Source: Candidatus Latescibacterota bacterium
Lineage (GTDB): Bacteria > Latescibacterota > UBA2968 > GCA-2709665
Length of the DNA stretch: 64,000 bases
Reading direction: 5' to 3'
Assembly (NCBI GenBank): GCA_965116875.1
Contig: OZ220733.1
Location: 1,632,001 to 1,696,000 of the forward strand
Shown: in pieces, positions 20,919 through 30,489 of the stretch
Layout of the letters: every line of letters starts with the position of its first letter
How positions within the stretch are numbered: the stretch's first letter is position 1
Translations under genes and position numbers: made by a program
The notes under the pieces: model-generated
The model's database searches: none
The model's input: only the letters and a program-made list of their open reading frames with translations
What the model was told of the DNA's origin: nothing

Positions 20919-22004
20919 ATGAACAAATCCCTGAAACTCGCGGTTGTGGGCGTGGGACGCATCGGCGTTTTCCATGCCAGGCACGTCCAGGAACTGGGTG
21001 AAGAAGCCGGTTCCTGCGAGCTGGTTGCCGTGGCGGACGGCTACGGAAGCACCGCCGGCGACGTTGCCCGGGAACTTGGGCAAAACCAGGCAACCGAAAT
21101 CCGCGCCTTCACGAGTACGCGGGACCTGGCGGACGCAGGCGTGATCGACGCGGCCGTGGTGGCCTCGAGGACCGAAGACCACGAAGCCGACGCCCGTGCG
21201 CTGATTGACGCCGGTTGTCGCGTGATGCTTGAAAAGCCCCTTACCGGCTCGGTGGCGTCCGCTGCCGAATTCGTGAGAAACCTGTCGAGAGATAATACGA
21301 AAAAGCAGGTCCTCATGCAGGCCTTTATGAGACGCTTCGACGAGCCGCTGCGCCACGCGAAATCGCTCCTGGACCGGCAGGCTGTGGGCAACCCGTTCAA
21401 AGTCGTTTCCGTCCTCGAAGACCCGCACCCGCCGCCGGTGGGCTACAACAGCCCGGGCATCGTGCCGGACATGGCCGTACACAATATCGACGAAGCGATC
21501 TGGCTTCTGGACGCGCGACCGGAACGGATCAGCGCCATGGCCGCGAACCTGCACAACTTCAGAATCACGTCCGTAAGGGAAGACTTCGACGACGCGTTCC
21601 TGCAGATGACCTTTCCCGGCGACGTCATCGCGCAGATCCAGGTAAGCAGAAACCACGTGGCCGGGTATCGCAACGAAACGTGGATCTACGGCCGGGACGG
21701 CCTCATCCACGTGGGTCGCTTCCAGGAAGACCCGCTGCGGGTGACGGTGGAAGCGTACAACCGGGAGGGCGTGATCGAAAAGAAGGACTTCCGGATGAGA
21801 GATTACGGCGGGGAAGTCCCGGTGTTCATCCAACGGTTCGGACCGGCCTACAAGCGGGAACTGGCGTATTTCGTGGACCGGTGCCTGAAAGACGAACCCT
21901 TCAGCGTTACCCAGGAGGACGGCCTCGATGCCATGCGCGTGGCCGAGGCCGGGATCCGGTCGCTGCGCGAGGGAGGGCAGGCGGTAACAATCCAGCCTGA
22001 TTGA
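20919..22004 (+). CDS. Gfo/Idh/MocA oxidoreductase (inositol 2-dehydrogenase-like)
   Basis: VVGVGRIG, LEKP, FMRRFD, DMAVHNID; RBS aggag before ATG 20919. Confidence 0.9.
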   Translation: MNKSLKLAVVGVGRIGVFHARHVQELGEEAGSCELVAVADGYGSTAGDVARELGQNQATEIRAFTSTRDLADAGVIDAAVVASRTEDHEADARALIDAGCRVMLEKPLTGSVASAAEFVRNLSRDNTKKQVLMQAFMRRFDEPLRHAKSLLDRQAVGNPFKVVSVLEDPHPPPVGYNSPGIVPDMAVHNIDEAIWLLDARPERISAMAANLHNFRITSVREDFDDAFLQMTFPGDVIAQIQVSRNHVAGYRNETWIYGRDGLIHVGRFQEDPLRVTVEAYNREGVIEKKDFRMRDYGGEVPVFIQRFGPAYKRELAYFVDRCLKDEPFSVTQEDGLDAMRVAEAGIRSLREGGQAVTIQPD

Positions 22005-22017
22005 TTCAAAGACCGAA

Positions 22018-22190
22018 CTTACATGGATGGACAGGATGAGCAGGATTGGAGAACAGGAGCAGGATCAAATCTGAACAGGATTGGTTACCAAATGCAGGAC
22101 CAGAACTGAACCGGATGAACAGGATCAGAAGCAGAGCATTGGCTTTTCGAACCCGCATCCTGAATTCACGTTACCCGGATGGACATGACA
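22018..22190 (+). repeat. Degenerate 9-mer repeat tract (ggatgaaca/ggatggaca)
   Basis: catggatggacaggatgagcaggat, ccggatgaacaggat and ccggatggacatgac between convergent genes. Confidence 0.55.
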
Positions 22191-22230
22191 AAAGCCACGG
22201 GCCGAAAAAACGCCCTGGGTTCCTACACAC

Positions 22231-23289
22231 TTACGAAAGTGGGAAATCGACGCGGCAGTTCCCGCCGTGGTGCGACTTCAGGATCCCCATCATAATCGCC
22301 ACCGTCTTGCGCGCCTCCCGCGCGGGCGAGACCAGGTCGCCGCCCTCCTCCAGCACCCGGACCAGTTCACCCACCGCCGCTGTCTGGTTTTCCATCGCGT
22401 ATTTCCCGGACAGGATGGGAGACGTCGACGACTCGAAGTGCGACCTGCTCCGGATCAGGGATGCGCCCCGGTCTGAAATCTCGATACGACCATCCTCGCA
22501 GGTCAGCGCGAACTTCGAACCCGGAAAGTCCACCTTGTACGCATTGTAGAATGCCCGTACGCCGTTATCGAACCGGATGTAGGCAGACGCGTACGGATCG
22601 ACGGCCGGATCTTTGCCGCCGTCCCCCTTGTACTCGGTGAAATGCTCGAACCCCTCTTCGAGTTCGGCCGAAAGCCACAGGGGATTGGCCTCGGCGAAGA
22701 AACAGACCATGTCCAGCAGGTGGGTCCCGTTCCGGAACATCATCGCCCGGCGGCTGAACTGCTCGCACACCACCGTTCGCAGAGGGCCGATCTCACCGCT
22801 TCGAATGATCTCTCTCGCCTCGAGATAGCTCGGATTCCACCGTCTGGTGTGCTCGATCGAGAGGAGTACGTCGTTGGCTTCGGCGGCGGCGATCATCCGG
22901 TCCGCGTCTTCCAGCGAGGTGGCGATCGGCTTCTCGCACAGGATGGCGCGCGCACCCGATTCGGCCGCGGCCACGGTCATATCCGCGTGTACGTGGTCCG
23001 ACGTCGCCACGCTCACCAGGTCCGGCTTCTCCTTCTGCAGCATCTCCCGGTAATCCGTATACAGACCTACGCCGGGCCAGACGTCTTCCCACTGCGCGCT
23101 GAAATCCGCAAGCGCCTCCGCACGGAGGTCGCACGCGCCCACCACACGGGTCCGGGGATGCCGATCGTACGCGGCCGCGTGCGAGCCGGGCATCGGGCCG
23201 TAAACAGGCAGCCGCCCGTCTTCCTCGGGCCGCCTGGCGCCAATGCCGGTCAGGCCGATGATTACCGCGCGGTATTCGGGTTTTGACAT
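22231..23289 (-). CDS. Gfo/Idh/MocA oxidoreductase
   Basis: IIGLTGIG, YTDYREML, CEKPIA, HTRRW, GTHLLD; start at MSKPE with RBS aggagg. Confidence 0.9.
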   Translation of the reverse strand: MSKPEYRAVIIGLTGIGARRPEEDGRLPVYGPMPGSHAAAYDRHPRTRVVGACDLRAEALADFSAQWEDVWPGVGLYTDYREMLQKEKPDLVSVATSDHVHADMTVAAAESGARAILCEKPIATSLEDADRMIAAAEANDVLLSIEHTRRWNPSYLEAREIIRSGEIGPLRTVVCEQFSRRAMMFRNGTHLLDMVCFFAEANPLWLSAELEEGFEHFTEYKGDGGKDPAVDPYASAYIRFDNGVRAFYNAYKVDFPGSKFALTCEDGRIEISDRGASLIRSRSHFESSTSPILSGKYAMENQTAAVGELVRVLEEGGDLVSPAREARKTVAIMMGILKSHHGGNCRVDFPLS

Positions 23290-23395
23290 GGACGTGTCCT
23301 CCTGATAATGGTAGTGACAGCCAACATCGAGGAACTTCACCTGAATGGCATCAAAGTCAGCGGGATAGTCGCCAGCTCCAGTACAGCTTCTAATC

Positions 23396-23513
23396 ACTCC
23401 CCCCTTGAGGGGGAGTCGCAGAAGCCGAGCCTGCCCGCTGAGCCTGTCGAAATGTAGAAGGCGCCGCCCTGAGCTTGTCGAAGGGGCAGGCGACGGCTGA
23501 TGCGGTGGGGGGT
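23396..23513. repeat. Palindromic repeat with inserted CTGAGC(T/C)TGTCGAA modules
   Basis: actccccccttgagggggagt hairpin; paired arms agccgagcctg / caggcgacggct enclose two modules. Confidence 0.65.
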
Positions 23514-23531
23514 TTGCCAACTCCTCGCTGA

Positions 23532-24692
23532 CTATTGTACTGACTCCAGTTTTTCAAGCGCCTTTCTCGCGCCTTTATGGTCCTTCTCCAGTTTCAGGAC
23601 GTTCCTGTACGCGTTGCGCGCGAGTTTCGTCTCTCCCTGGCGCGCGTAGATGCGGCCGAGCCGGTAGAGTCCGTTCCGGCGAGCGACGCGCCATTGCGCC
23701 GGCACCTGGCGAAGATAAATCGTCAACGATTCCAGTCCCAGATCCAGTTCCATCCCGGTCAGGGCGGAGAACCTGCCAACCGCATAGAGGGCCTGAAGCC
23801 GAAATCCCTCGACCCTCAGCGCTCTCTCGAAGGATTGTACCCCCGGGTGTGAATCGGCCGCCAGCGCCGCGAGGGCTTCCGTCGCGACATCAAGGCTGCG
23901 GCGAGCGGCCTGCAACGCCTTTTCGTTTTCCTTCTCCAGCCGATACAGGTTGCTCAGTCGCCGCAGGACCGGGCTACGATCGGGATACGACTGCAGAAAC
24001 GTCTCGTAGACGCGGATTGCGTCGAGACGCCGTTCGTCGCGGAGATAGTGCGTCGCCAGTGAAATCACGGGGCGCACGTCGCCATTCGCTTGCGCGACCG
24101 CGTCAAGATAGGCTGTTTTCCGTTTGTCCTGCGCCTCTTCCTTCGCGTGGATGATGGCCTGCGCCATGTGGCCTTCCAATGGGTTCCGGGACGCGATCTC
24201 CGCGGCCTGTTTCAGCGCTATTTCCCTGCTGCCGCCCAGAATGCCCGGCGCGAAGAGATGGTACTCCACCAGCTTGGTGCGTGCGGCGAGGTGATCGGGA
24301 TCCAGTTGAACCGCCTTCTCGAACGCCTTGCGGGTGCGGCGGGCCTTGCCGGGCTTCCCGAAAATGCTGGCGCGCTGCGCCCTCGCGCCGTACGCCATTC
24401 CCAGCCAGAACTGATAGTCTGCCGTTTCGGAATCCGCTTTAGCGGCTTTCTCGAACCATTCGAACGCCGCCTCGATGTCCCCCTCCCATGTATCGATGCG
24501 GCCCAGCAGATAACAGATCCGGGCACGGTCGGTCCCGGGTTGGGCGAGCAGTGTCTTCAGACTGTCTTCGGCATCCGCATATCGGCCCTCGATGAATGCC
24601 GCAAGGGCGGGACGGATCTCCGGTGACGCCGCCTCGAGGCTCGGCGACAGACACACCAGAACAATAAAGAAGATTACCACATGCCTTGCCAA
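23532..24692 (-). CDS. Secreted TPR-repeat protein
   Basis: Signal peptide (ARHVVIFFIVLVCLSPSLEA) and TPR motifs; TTG start with RBS aggagg. Confidence 0.8.
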   Translation of the reverse strand: MARHVVIFFIVLVCLSPSLEAASPEIRPALAAFIEGRYADAEDSLKTLLAQPGTDRARICYLLGRIDTWEGDIEAAFEWFEKAAKADSETADYQFWLGMAYGARAQRASIFGKPGKARRTRKAFEKAVQLDPDHLAARTKLVEYHLFAPGILGGSREIALKQAAEIASRNPLEGHMAQAIIHAKEEAQDKRKTAYLDAVAQANGDVRPVISLATHYLRDERRLDAIRVYETFLQSYPDRSPVLRRLSNLYRLEKENEKALQAARRSLDVATEALAALAADSHPGVQSFERALRVEGFRLQALYAVGRFSALTGMELDLGLESLTIYLRQVPAQWRVARRNGLYRLGRIYARQGETKLARNAYRNVLKLEKDHKGARKALEKLESVQ

Positions 24693-24727
24693 TTCACCCT
24701 CCTGAGTCCTATCGTATTCTCGCATTG

Positions 24728-25155
24728 CGAAACTACGAGAGTACGAAACGGCGAAACTACGAAAGAGCGGGGAGAGGGTAGACCGTAGACGGGAGAAGAA
24801 GCCCTTGCCGATCTGTTCCGCCGACTTGCCCGCGGCATGAGAAAAAACTCTTTACGGCATCCGATCTCTCCCCTCTCACGTCTTCCTCTCACCAGGTGGT
24901 GGGGCGGGGTGTGGTCCTTTCCCCTCTTCCGTCCAACGTCTACGATAGTATATATGGGAAGGTGTCAACCCACCGCTTCGCTTATCTCCCTCTTTCCTTT
25001 AGGAGAGAGGGCCGGGGAGAGAGGTCTGCGGCGATGGGTGGAGGGGTTGCTCTTGCCTTTGCCTCTGGTTTTGGCTTACGGCTTATAGCTGATAGCTGAC
25101 AGCTTTGTCTGAGGGGCCGGGGAGAGAGGTCCGCTGACTGCTGATAGCTGACCGC
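24728..25155 (-). repeat. Mosaic intergenic repeat in inverted orientation, with an octamer run
   Basis: Octamers cgaaacta/cgagagta/cgaaacgg/cgaaacta/cgaaagag; reverse-complement copies of the heptamer and hairpin modules. Confidence 0.8.
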
Positions 25156-25190
25156 TCTGTGTGTGGGGGGATGGGGGCAGAGGGCTTCAC

Positions 25191-26354
25191 TCAATACAAA
25201 TGTATAGCTCCATCCGGTCCCACATAGCGGCGCGGGGGCAGCGGCTGGTACGGCCGCGACTTTACGAATTCCATATCCAGTTCGACGCCGAGCCCCGGTC
25301 GCGGATTCAGTTCCCCGACGTCCACGCAGCCGCCCGAGAGCGGTACCCTCAGCTCCTGCACGTCGTCGAACCACGGTCGAAGCCGGCAATGCTCCAGGAT
25401 CTCGAAATTCTGCATCGCCGCCGCGGCGTGAGCGGCAGCGGCAAGCGCCACCGGGCCGTACGGGTTGTGCGGCGCGATTGTGATCCCGTACACCTCCGCG
25501 AAATGGGCAATCTTCATCAGTTCGCTGATCCCGCCGGCGTGGCAGATATCCACCTGACACACGTCCACCGCGTGTCTCTCGAACCACTCCCGGCAGTCCC
25601 ACCGCGTGATCCACCGCTCACCGGCCGCAACCCGCATTCCCGGAAAGTCGCGTTTCAACCTCACGTACGGCTCAACCGTACTCTGCTCGATCGGCTCTTC
25701 TACGAAAAACAGGTCCAGCGGCTGTAATTCCCGCATCAGGCGGTGCGCCGCCACGGGCGAGAACACGCCGCCGCAGTCAATCATCAATGCCGCGTCCGGC
25801 CCCAGCGCCCGGCGCAGGCGGGTCATCTCGCGGACGGCCACGTCGACCTGTTCGTCCATATCGAACGGCGCAACCGTGGGTCCGTGCCCGTGCTTGAACG
25901 CATCGAACCCCTCCTCCAGGGCCTGCGTCGCATGCGCCTCCGGCGAATCCAGGTCCAGGTCCGCCCGCGCGTAACACCGTACCCGGTCGCGGACCCTTCC
26001 GCCCAGCAACCTGAATAAGGGCTGTCCGGTTGCCTTGCCCGCGATATCCCACAACGCCATGTCGATCCCGCTGACGGCGCTCGTATGAACCACGCCCCGC
26101 TTCCACCAGAAATCCCGGTATCCCAGTTGCCAGACGTGCTCCACGTCCATTGGATTCATTCCCAGCAATCTGGGTTTCAGCGCCGTCTCCACCTGCGCCG
26201 CCACGGCCATTTCGTGGTGTTCCGTCGTGGCCTCGCCAATCCCCGTGAGGCCGGCGTCCGTCTCCACCTCCACGAAGACCCAGTTCCGCCTGGGCGTCCG
26301 CCCGTCCGCAGCCGGTACATTCATGACGTGCGCCCTGATGTCAGCGATCTTCAT
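25191..26354 (-). CDS. Mandelate racemase-family acid-sugar dehydratase (DgoD-like)
   Basis: NWVFVEVETD.G.TG.GEAT, SGIDMALWDIAGK, EEP, AGER, APHNPYGP. Confidence 0.9.
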   Translation of the reverse strand: MKIADIRAHVMNVPAADGRTPRRNWVFVEVETDAGLTGIGEATTEHHEMAVAAQVETALKPRLLGMNPMDVEHVWQLGYRDFWWKRGVVHTSAVSGIDMALWDIAGKATGQPLFRLLGGRVRDRVRCYARADLDLDSPEAHATQALEEGFDAFKHGHGPTVAPFDMDEQVDVAVREMTRLRRALGPDAALMIDCGGVFSPVAAHRLMRELQPLDLFFVEEPIEQSTVEPYVRLKRDFPGMRVAAGERWITRWDCREWFERHAVDVCQVDICHAGGISELMKIAHFAEVYGITIAPHNPYGPVALAAAAHAAAAMQNFEILEHCRLRPWFDDVQELRVPLSGGCVDVGELNPRPGLGVELDMEFVKSRPYQPLPPRRYVGPDGAIHLY

Positions 26355-26357
26355 CCC

Positions 26358-27587
26358 TCAGTCCTCTTTCTCCATAAACGCCCCCTCCCGTTGGATTCGA
26401 TCGTAGACCCGGGCGAACGCCTCCGACCCGTCGTCCTCCCACACCTCCGAATTCACGCCGCGGATGGACCCTTCCTCGAATCCGGTGAGCCGGCGCACGT
26501 CCGGGATGCTCGGTGCGTACATCCGGCTCCCGCCGGGCAGGTAGAGCACGCCCACGTGTCTTGGCATTTCCGTGGGCCCCACGGCCGCCAGGCGCGCGAG
26601 TTTCTCCTCGTCCACGTCGAACCCCAGTCCCGGCGCCTCGGGCACCGGCGAACACCCCTCCGCGATCTGGATACGTTCTGTTGTAATGTCCTCTTCGTAC
26701 TGGTCGTCCAGATTGATCGAATGCCCCGCAGTCGGCAACACCGCCCCCAGGTGCATGGCCAGCGCCTTCGTCAGCGTGCCCCCGGTCAACTGCACCACGG
26801 CCTGCACGTTCGCCTTTCCGTACGCGAACCCGCGGAAGAGCGCGTCACCGAACCCGCCGCAATATTCGCCGATGATGTAGGCGTCCGCCATGCCCATGAT
26901 CATCTCCTGCAATCCGCCCAACGGGGGCAGATGCATCACGAGGGGTACCTTGCACTGCGCCCGCAACCGCCGCCACCCGTCCACGTCCGTGAGCAACAGC
27001 GGGTCCTCGATGAACCCCACCACCCTGGAACGCTCGAGGGCTTTCACGATGGGCAGCACCGTTGCCATCGCCCTGTTGTGGTTCATATCCCACTGCATCA
27101 GGAATCCCTCCGGCGCCACGTCCTCCACCGCCCGGTTCTGCTCGAACACATCGTAATGCTGGCAGGTGTGCATCTTGAACATCATATAGCCCTGGTCCAC
27201 GGCGCGGACGATCTCCCTGCTGAGGTCTTCGGGCGACGCCGGCCGGGTCCACGCCATCACGGGAACGCGGTCCCGCACCTTTTGACCCATCAGCTTGTAG
27301 GCGGGTATGCCCAGGTGCTTGCCCATCACGTCGTACAGCGCGCCGCCCAGCGCCAGGTGCAACGTCTCGTGATTGAGAAAGTCGAACGGACTGCGGTCGA
27401 TCAACTGTGCCACGCTTTCCTCTGGCGGCGGGACCGACCGGTAGTCTCCGTAGCCCACGATTCCGTTGTCGGTCACCACCCTGAAGATGGTCCGCTGATC
27501 GATGCCGCGAAACCGGACCTTGTGGTCCGCGTTCCGTGCGGCGAGTCCGGGGTTGATCGGGATGATATCGATATCGACGATTTTCAT
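26358..27587 (-). CDS. Enolase-superfamily (MR/MLE) protein
   Basis: ALYDVMGK, FKMH, DMN, IEDP, PEAPGLGFDVDE. Confidence 0.85.
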   Translation of the reverse strand: MKIVDIDIIPINPGLAARNADHKVRFRGIDQRTIFRVVTDNGIVGYGDYRSVPPPEESVAQLIDRSPFDFLNHETLHLALGGALYDVMGKHLGIPAYKLMGQKVRDRVPVMAWTRPASPEDLSREIVRAVDQGYMMFKMHTCQHYDVFEQNRAVEDVAPEGFLMQWDMNHNRAMATVLPIVKALERSRVVGFIEDPLLLTDVDGWRRLRAQCKVPLVMHLPPLGGLQEMIMGMADAYIIGEYCGGFGDALFRGFAYGKANVQAVVQLTGGTLTKALAMHLGAVLPTAGHSINLDDQYEEDITTERIQIAEGCSPVPEAPGLGFDVDEEKLARLAAVGPTEMPRHVGVLYLPGGSRMYAPSIPDVRRLTGFEEGSIRGVNSEVWEDDGSEAFARVYDRIQREGAFMEKED

Positions 27588-27588
27588 C

Positions 27589-28509
27589 TCAGCACTCCTG
27601 TAGCAGCTCTTTCGACCTGAAGAACTCCCTGAGCCCGTCCATCTCCTCGTCGTTCAACGAATAGTACGGTTTCCGGCGCCAGCGCCCGGCCACGCCGAAG
27701 ATTTCCATCGCGCCGTGGAACCCCGCGTTCCAACCGCCGGTCAGCTTGCCGATATAGTCGAAGAACGGCATGTCGTATTCGCGGATGATTTCTCGTGCCG
27801 TTTCGACGTCCGTTTTCTGGATCGCGCTCCAGTACCGCCGCGCGATCTCCGGCTTGAACGTGATATACGACGACATATAGCCGTCGCATCCGTACGGCCA
27901 CATATTCATGTGGTTCACCTTCTGCCCGCCCGCGAACACCGCCACACGTTCGCGCGCGACCAGGCAGAGCCGGCGCGCGAAGTCCCCGCACATGTCGTCC
28001 TTGATGGCCACCACGTTTTCGTATCGGTCCAGCGTTTCATCGATCACCTGCAATCCGAACTCCGGACCCTGCGCCGAGAACGCGCCCGTAACGATCATCA
28101 CGGGCATCGTCTGCGACACCTCGCCGTAGTGTTCCACCAACGTCTCGACCGTACTCGAAGCCCCCCACGCCGGCGGAAGCACCATCAGCACGTCCGCTCC
28201 CTGCTCTTTCGCGAATGACGCAAAGGCGATTGAGCGCCGGGTGTCATAATAGCGGTCGGCCGCCACCACCATTCCCCGCCCGGCGTTGTGTTCGCACGTC
28301 ACCCGGGTGACCTCCGCGATCTCCGCCTCCGACATGCAGATATAGTGGCTGTCTCCCGCCGTGAGCAGCACGGTGCGGCTTCCGCCTTCCAGCACGAAGT
28401 CGATCTGATGCCGCAGCCCGTCGTAATCCACGCTGCCGTCCTCGTTGAACGGCGTCGCGATCGACGAAATGATGCCTGTCAGATGCGCGCGAACTTCGTC
28501 TCGATCCAT
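27589..28509 (-). CDS. DapA/NanA-family class I aldolase
   Basis: TPFNEDGSVDY, GADVLMVLPP, NVVAIKD (Schiff-base Lys). Confidence 0.88.
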   Translation of the reverse strand: MDRDEVRAHLTGIISSIATPFNEDGSVDYDGLRHQIDFVLEGGSRTVLLTAGDSHYICMSEAEIAEVTRVTCEHNAGRGMVVAADRYYDTRRSIAFASFAKEQGADVLMVLPPAWGASSTVETLVEHYGEVSQTMPVMIVTGAFSAQGPEFGLQVIDETLDRYENVVAIKDDMCGDFARRLCLVARERVAVFAGGQKVNHMNMWPYGCDGYMSSYITFKPEIARRYWSAIQKTDVETAREIIREYDMPFFDYIGKLTGGWNAGFHGAMEIFGVAGRWRRKPYYSLNDEEMDGLREFFRSKELLQEC

Positions 28510-28529
28510 GGAAAACCCCAAAAAAAGTA

Positions 28530-29745
28530 AGAATGAAGAAGGAAAAAGGAAGAGGGGAGAGATTGCCTGCCTCGTGAGGCTTCTTCTCGTGCCGGAGGCA
28601 AGAAGATCAACCTACCGGGCAAGGATTTCTTCTAACGTCTTCCGTCTACCCTCTACCCGCCTTTATGCGACCTCTCTCCCCGGCCCTCTCGGAAGCAGCG
28701 ATCAGCTATCAGCCGTCAGCCATCAGCTAAAGGCAAAGAGCGAAAACCAAAGCCAGGATCAAAAACGAAAGGCAAAATCAAAAGCCCTTCCCAGCCCCGC
28801 CGACCTCTCTCCCCGGCCCTCTCTCCTAAAGGAAAGAGGGGGAAAGGCCAGGTTTCGCGTGCCGGTTATTGATAGACATTCTGATCGACAAGGAAACGCC
28901 GCCGGTTTTCCGCTCTCCTCAGCAATCCGCTTCCATTCGATTCTTGCGAAAGTCCGATTGCAGAAGTGACAGACGTCAAAGGTACCGCTACTTTTTCCTT
29001 CTTCCTTTTTCCTTCTTCCTTCAGGAAGGGGGTTAGGGGGTAGGTCTAGGAGAGAGGGAGGAAAGGCACGTCCCGTGCCGGTTATTGATAGACATTCTGA
29101 TTGACAAGGAAACGCCGCCGGTATTCCGCTCTCCTGACAGCCCGTTGAAAAAGTCCATCCGGGCTACGGCCGGCCCTTGCGGTCGAAATACTGCGTTGCG
29201 CTCCCTCGCCGAATCGAAAGATGGGACTCGGTCGCGCGCCTTGTCTTCGACCACAATGGCTCGGCCTCGCCTGCAGAGCGACTTTCTCAACGGACTGCTA
29301 AGCAATCCGCTTCCATTCGATTTTTGCGAAAGTCCGATTGCAGAAGTGACAGACGTCAAAGGTACCGCTACTTCTTCCTTCTTCCTTTTTCCTTCTTCCT
29401 TCAGGCAGGGGGCCAGGGGGTAGGTGCCTAAACCGGGTAGACGGGAGAGGGGAGAGATTGCCTGCCTCGTGAGGCTTCTTCTCGTGCCGGAGGCAAGAAG
29501 ATTAACCTACCGGGCAAGGATTTCTTCTAACGTCTTCCGTCTACCCTCTACCCGCCTTTATGCGACCTCTCTCCCCGGCCCTCTCTCCCACCGGGAGAGA
29601 GGGAGGAAAGGCACACGTCCCGTGCCGGTCATTGATAGACACTCCGATTGAAAGGTAATCGCTATCCGGCACATCACAAAGCCTGTAAATCAACCCATCA
29701 ACGTCCCCCCTTCCTTCAGGAAGGGGGTTAGGGGGTAGGTCCGGG
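28530..29745 (+). repeat. Large mosaic intergenic repeat block
   Basis: Several tandem units; 28551..28690 and 29446..29585 are 140-bp direct copies with one mismatch seen. Confidence 0.88.
29137..29299. mobile_element. MITE (~165 bp), copy 1
   Basis: Terminal inverted repeats cagcccgttgaaaaagtc / gactttctcaacggactg; absent from homologous repeat units at 14445 and 28918. Confidence 0.8.
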
Positions 29746-29771
29746 AAAGAGGGGGAACAACCGGCTCCGTG

Positions 29772-30179
29772 CTAAGGAACAACCTCAAACCCCATCTGCC
29801 GGAAGTGATGATCCAGCGTCAATACCCGATTAATGTGTAATTCCCGCATGAGGACGAAGCTGCTGCAGTCCGTAAAGGAGAATTCCTTGTCCCGGTATCC
29901 GAAAAAGAGCGCACGGGCACGATCTCTTCTCGCTTCGTCGATCGACTCGATCCTCAGGCGCGATGAGCCGTCGATCTGCACCCACCACGCTTCAGCGGCA
30001 TGCAGACCCAGGCGCGACCGGATGGTGGTCAACGTCTCGTCGACAACGTAGTCGGTCGTCGTCAGGATGCCCCCGGACGAAAGCCAGTCGTCGCGAGACT
30101 TCCGCACCGCCGGACCCTTCGTATCCCGGCTGTCCGCCGCCGCAACCCATCCGGCGGTATCCACGAACATCTGCCTCAC
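29772..30179 (-). CDS. vapC: PIN-domain VapC toxin
   Basis: FVDTAGW, VVDET, SFTDCSSF, LTLDHHF. Confidence 0.92.
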   Translation of the reverse strand: MRQMFVDTAGWVAAADSRDTKGPAVRKSRDDWLSSGGILTTTDYVVDETLTTIRSRLGLHAAEAWWVQIDGSSRLRIESIDEARRDRARALFFGYRDKEFSFTDCSSFVLMRELHINRVLTLDHHFRQMGFEVVP

Positions 30180-30421
30180 CGGTACAACACCTCGTCATGT
30201 CGCTCGGCAGCGTCGCCCGATTCGGAAGCACCCACGGGAGGCGCCTGGTAAAGCGGATCCGCTTCGAGCGGCGCGATTTCGATTTGTGGACTGCCAACCG
30301 GGACGATGTCAAATGCAGGTCGACTGCGGTACAGGACCGTATAGCGCGCACCGTCGCGCACCTTTGAGACAACCTCCTTCAGACGCGCGCGAAGCTGCTT
30401 GGCGTTGATGATTTCGGACAT
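30176..30421 (-). CDS. Phd/YefM-family antitoxin
   Basis: INAKQLRARLKEVVSKVRDG...VLYRSRP; 4-bp overlap with vapC. Confidence 0.88.
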   Translation of the reverse strand: MSEIINAKQLRARLKEVVSKVRDGARYTVLYRSRPAFDIVPVGSPQIEIAPLEADPLYQAPPVGASESGDAAERHDEVLYR

Positions 30422-30437
30422 TGCCTGTCCTTTTTGG

Positions 30438-30476
30438 AGTTTAACTTAAGATAAACTATCAGGATGAAAAAGGCAA
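30438..30476 (-). promoter_or_regulatory. Sigma70 promoter and operator of phd-vapC
   Basis: TTGCCT-17-TATCTT on the minus strand; inverted repeat agttta...taaact overlaps the -10. Confidence 0.6.
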
Positions 30477-30489
30477 GAAGCGGGGAATG

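Noticed and set aside
26085-27620. Long antisense ORFs (e.g. 26085..27620, 18079..19401, 55764..57296) and the same-strand alternate-frame ORF 52380..53777
   Set aside because: Shadow frames of well-supported genes, expected in high-GC DNA.
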